Below are positions 58,938-64,000 of a stretch of DNA of 64,000 nt, in pieces (positions within the stretch are counted from its first letter, which is position 1; every line of letters starts with the position of its first letter). The stretch comes from Lingula anatina (lineage: Eukaryota > Animalia > Brachiopoda). Position numbers and translations under genes: made by a program. The stretch spans positions 7,564,001 to 7,628,000 of the forward strand of contig CM120642.1 in the NCBI GenBank assembly GCA_051362555.1, in the 5' to 3' direction. The notes under the pieces are model-generated. The model did no database searches. It was not told the DNA's origin and was given only the letters and a program-made list of their open reading frames with translations.

Positions 58938-61900
58938 TTATTTGTCGACTCTGTAAGCTTTCTTCTTTGCTGATTTTCTCGAAAGCCGGCTCTTAAGACC
59001 ACGGCAAACGTTTGTCCATGCACGTCGAAGCTGCTTATATAACACGGGGATATCTGACACCACTACTGCTGCTCCCATTCCCACAAGTACAAAGGTTGCA
59101 AATGAGCCGGCAGTAATAAGGACGCTCAACGGTGCCTCTTTTGGTTGGCGGCGTTTCCGTGCGCTCTTAAGGTCTATTGCTGGTATAGCGCCTGGAAAAG
59201 GGGAATAATCAAAATAATTTTTTGCGGTGATAAATGAAATTCAGTGAATGTTAAAAACTAGACCACTTGTATAGGAAGGACGATTAAAACATACAATCCA
59301 ATACCATGTCATTTGATAGTTTTAAAAGAAAAATTGTAAAGATGATTAATGGTCAGGTTGCCTTAGCTGCTTTTTTACATATTGCGTGGATTGGCCGTTA
59401 TTTAAAGCGTTTCTTTCTCAATGGTTTTCACATCTTTGCATCCCTGCAATATGCACTCTTGATAAAAAAGGTGGGACATTGCTATGAGTCAAGAAAAGTA
59501 ATGGAGAATGTCCATTCAAACGCCGTAGACCTTTAAATGATCATAATACAACTGGTGGTAACTGGTGCAAAGGGTCGGGGACAAAGAGACAAAAATTACC
59601 TCGATTCCTTTCGTCAACTACACAAGCGACAATACTTAATAACTGCAGCATGCCACGTGCATGAAGGTTCATTTTCTGACAGGGGCTAGCCCATTCAAAC
59701 TATCCTATACATTTTAGTGTTGCCTCCTCTTATTTTCAATTTTTATCAATATTGAAGACTATTTAACATATGTTCTACACATGGAAATACTGTAAATACT
59801 GTCAAGTTGGCATTCCTGCTGAGTATTTTTAGATTTTAGAAATTGTGAAGAATTGTGGAATTTCGCACATTTCTGGTAGAAATCTTTTCCCTGCTCACTT
59901 CCAAAACGGATGTTCACCACAGATCAGCTAGAGTAGAACTGGTGATGAATAGTTCACTGGTTCGGAACTTTTGTCCCGATTTCACGATCTCTCTAGAATT
60001 GCAAGAACGGACTGAGAATGAAAAAGAGTCAGGTAAGAGCTTAAAATAATTAAAAAGATTAAACTAAGAACCCTGAGATTAATCAATTCGTAGTTGGTAT
60101 GGAATACCTGTACATCCTGAAATGTCAAAGACAGACCATTTCCCGCCATCGAGGCATGTGGCTCTTCGCACGGTGGCGCCATCTGGGAAGAAAGTTCCGT
60201 TGTCGCAGTTGAATGCAATAGTATTGTTGCTTTCCAGCACGTCGGCTGTCATGTTCAGTGTTTCCAGAGTACTTTGTTCTGGGAGTTTGCACCTGGTCGC
60301 TACGACGATGAAAATGATGGCATCATTAATAGCATTTGTACATGTATGATGATGATAATGATGATGGCATTGTATGAATTAAAATCAACAATTGTATTGT
60401 GGACATTCATAACTTTTAATGCTCCGCAGTATGTTTTATGCTTTGTACTTTATGCAAGAATTTGTCAAAAATCATATAATTGATATTTGACACTTGAATT
60501 AAATTTTTTTAAAAAGTCCGTCCTTATTTGTGTATTTAGCAAGAAACGCCATATTCACATTCCAGGGCAAATCCTACAATGTTAAAGGAATACATGTTTG
60601 CATTTTCGAAAAAGACTTAACCAACGTCGCAAAAACGTCTTGGTTATTTTGAACACATAACATGACCTCTAATTACATAGCAAACTTACTTTGGTTAACC
60701 GTTACATCAGTTGTGGCATACCAACTGTTTTCACTTTCCTGTACACCGGAATTACCAACTATGGAGTGAGTTTGGTGAACTGCCGCTGACGAGCTTGAAG
60801 CATGAAATTCCGTTGAAGCTACAGAACTGGTGCTTGTCATTCTGCTTACACCATTCGAGGACACGGTTAAAACCCTTTCACTTTCAGACATTAAACTGGG
60901 TGTAATCTCGTTGGACCAGCCATGAATTGATTGTAAAAAACTTGGCGAAATTGGTTCATAAGATAAAGATACCGAATAAGGGTTCAAAGAGAATGTAGGT
61001 TGTGTCGTGCTTATATCGTCTGCGGTGTTGGAGTGTTGATTCCCAGCTTGCGATTCATGGTGCGTCCACGAGTCTGACGCAACGACTGTTTGGATGTGCG
61101 AAAAACCTTCTAAACCCGTTCCTGCAACAGAGTTAAGCGTATAGTCGATGGAGGTGGTGGTTAAACCGGTAAAAGAGGAGTGATCTTCCACGGCTACCAA
61201 TGTGCCTTGGCTCAAGGGAAGGGTCATCTGCACGCTCTCCAGTGCGTAAGCTGTTCCACAGCATGTGTTAAGCGATGACAGGCCAGGGTCCTGGCTTCTG
61301 CTGGATGTTCCTATGGTAAAACCACTTACTAGCGATAACAGACCAGGATCTTGGCTTCCGTTGGATGTTTCTGTGGCCACACCACTTACTGGCGATGACA
61401 GACCAGAGTCTTTGCTTCCACTGGATGTTTCTGATGCCCCCTCACTTATCACCTGAGGGGTTAAGAATGATGTAAAAGAATACCGAGACTCGGGCTCAAG
61501 AGCATTCTCCGATGAACTCCCTGCGACTGATGCACTGGTCATTAGACGTAACGATGTCGTGAAGATGCCGTACAAATGTGGTTGTAAAGGTGTGGCAGAA
61601 GAATGACCGGGTGTGTCAGAAGAATCTGGACCATTCATAACAACTGTTGACGTCATGAGGCTATCATTGCTCGAAGCTGTCGCATTGCCTCCAAGTGGCT
61701 GACTTTGCTCGACATCTAGCGTGCGTGACGACACAGGCCGTGTTGGATTTTGGAAAACCGAGAAGACGTTGCCAATTGATGAGTGAGTGACCAAACTGGT
61801 GACGCTAGATGGCGCTGTTGTTGACGTCGATGAGGGATTTGAAAGTGCAGATGATGTTATTGCTGCATCTGCAAGAAAAGCGACAATTACAGTTTGTACA

Positions 61901-62063
61901 GCGTGATTCAATATTATAAAAGTATTTTTGGTGAGAGGAAATCGCAGTGCAATTTTATGTTTATCGATGGCTTTTTTTTCATTTTTTTTATTTACTTGGT
62001 CTCTCTAGACGCATCCGCTTTTATGCTCTTTATTTGCATAATGTGCTTGAAAGAAATCAGTTT

Positions 62064-62105
<42 letters not shown>

Positions 62106-62881
62106 TATATATGACCTTAGTGCTGTATAATGAACAGCAGAAACGGTAAAAACATCAATATATACAACGCCTGTACATTGTCACCAGATACCGCTGGTGT
62201 ATAATCTACAAAAAAGTGTTTACTGGAATTTGGTAATCTCTAACCATAGATTAGAACACCTTTTCCTTTCAATATTAATCAACTATCAGTCACTGAAAAG
62301 GTGCAATATGCTGCATTCCACAGTTTTCCAAGTTGCAAGAGTCAGTTAAGACAAGACTAGAATGAAGATTACTGGATACAAGGGGTGAGTGGGTGGTGGG
62401 GATCGCGCACTTGGACATTTCTGTTATATCGTACATGTATTTGCCGTGGCTCGAGCAAGGCGAAAAACCCATATTTATTGCATCCGTCCCCCTGCTTTTT
62501 TTCAGTGATATTCTGGGTTTAGCACTGTGGCCATTCCAACTACCTCACTGCATGTATTACATTTTCGTGTTGTGAAGCTTTTAAACATTCATGGTGTGTC
62601 AGTAACATTATTATAAAGCGGAAATCGATAAAATTCCTTTTCTATGGATAATTTGGGAAATTACATTTCCCAATGGACAAAATTATGATTTACAAACTCG
62701 TTAAAGAGTTCTTGATTAATTATCTTTACCGACAATGTGAAATTCACTGGTTCCAATAAACATTACGAGAGTGACTCAAAATTAGACAAAAGGTTCATAT
62801 ATCGCAATTTTGCAAAAAAAATTAAATTTTTGCAATAGAAAGGTCTAAAGCAAGTTGTAGTCCTTAAATACTAGTTACCCA

Positions 62882-62916
<35 letters not shown>

Positions 62917-63612
62917 ATACAGTCGACTTGCCTCCAGTGTAAGCACATCGTTCCCATGCATCAGAGATACCTTGCTGATCAAGCTCAACGTCATAAACTT
63001 GAATGCATCCAATTTTGCCTTCAAAGTAGTTGGAGGAGCTCATGCAACAGGCGCCATCTAATCGCCTTCCAATGTGGATACCATAGGTCGTTTCAATATC
63101 GTCGTGACTCACTGTCCTTTGAGCCTCGTGTATGTCATTGACGTATAATTTGAGTGCCCTGGACGAATGGTCAAAAGTGACCGCACATTTCGTCCACTGA
63201 TCTGTTGGCAGTGAACTTGTTCCAAGAGAAGTGGCATAACCTGGTGCGCCACGCGCAATGGGATAAACGCGGAACCCACTGTACTGCCAAATCATTAGGC
63301 CGTTCCGTACAGAACCTGACGGGTAATCATACTCAAATATAGGAAACCTGTTTCCAGTCGTCGGATACAAGTCCACCATGATGGTAAAACTCCTTCCGAC
63401 ATCTAAGGCGCCGTTATTGTTAGGTATAGTGATATAAGAACCGAGGGGAAACTGTAACGACTCCATGTCATTACCGTCCTGACCGGTGCTGAAATCTACA
63501 CTACCGTGGAATTGTATGTGGTTGCTGTTTCCAGATACATCATTTGCCTGAGATACAGCGTTGATCGGCCATAAACCAACAGGGACTGGAGGCTGCGTTG
63601 TAGTACATGAGC
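58938..63612 (-). CDS. Type I membrane protein, 3' part: LamG-like (ConA-like jellyroll) domain, Ser/Thr-rich stalk, Sushi/CCP domain, TM, basic tail
   Basis: Phase-1 exons: 63612-62932 (VGLWPIN...DVSGN...WTKCAVTFD...YFEGKIGCIQVYD; GC donor); possible microexon 62205-62185; 61868-60690 (S/T-rich); 60299-60108 (CKLP...FNCDNG...TCLDGGKW...GC); 59191-58938 (RKRR, hydrophobic segment, stop). The upstream exon(s) were not identified and probably lie beyond the window. Confidence 0.8.
61270..61440 (-). repeat. 60-bp (20-aa) coding tandem repeat, 3 copies, in the mucin-like exon
   Basis: ETSSGSKDSGLSSPVSGVAT / ETSNGSQDPGLLSLVSGFTI / GTSSRSQDPGLSSL. Confidence 0.85.
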
Positions 63613-64000
63613 CTAAAACTTGAAATAACTCGCTAGTATTATTTTTAATTCATACAGGTAAATTTAGTAATATGTCACCAACTTACTAGAGAGATTTAGA
63701 CTCTAGGTTTCATCAGCACTGGATAGCACTATCCTATTGATACCAATATCCGCTAGATAAAATTGATATTCGGTGGACAGTTAGGCTTCGTTCACATGGA
63801 AAGTCTATTTTCTAAAAATCTATTTTCTATTCGGGGTATCTTATGATCACGGTCTGTGCCCTGAATATCCTGCGGCGTAATTACTGGCAGCGCGAGCCAG
63901 TTACTTTTACAAAGCTGAAATTAATTCTCGGCTGTGCTCGCATTCTATAAAATCTCATCCTCCGTTGCCGCATCGCTTGCCATCGGATCATGACGGTCGC

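Noticed and set aside
59899-60011. Extra exon of the LamG/Sushi gene
   Set aside because: Both candidate acceptors give in-frame stops, and the flanking exons already join in phase.

Overview
AT-rich, intron-containing animal genomic DNA, probably from a marine invertebrate (the taxon cannot be fixed from sequence alone). All exon models were assembled by hand from splice sites and reading-frame continuity. Host genes: (1) an N4BP2/NONU-1-like gene with kinase, CUE, DUF1771 and Smr domains (+, 5' end not found, 1683-16244); (2) three DEG/ENaC (ASIC-like) paralogues, two on - and one on +, all with altered HG and GAS motifs and a near-identical pore-coding segment; (3) a secreted protein with about 7 anaphylatoxin-like Cys modules and a GDPH-type VWD domain (+, 52779-57756); (4) the 3' part of a LamG-like/mucin/Sushi type I membrane protein gene (-). 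The most striking object is an apparently intact 6.9 kb tyrosine-recombinase retrotransposon (Ngaro/PAT-type split direct repeats, 31411-38333, - strand). It is inserted at a TTTAT core into a truncated LINE inside the last intron of channel copy 2. It carries an SGNH esterase ORF upstream of gag, and an array of small hairpins with a conserved loop and compensatory stem changes. It also has splice signals tied to its repeats: the only 2 differences between its 261-bp A repeats toggle a GT donor, and the spacer between the 3' repeats looks like a GT-AG intron.
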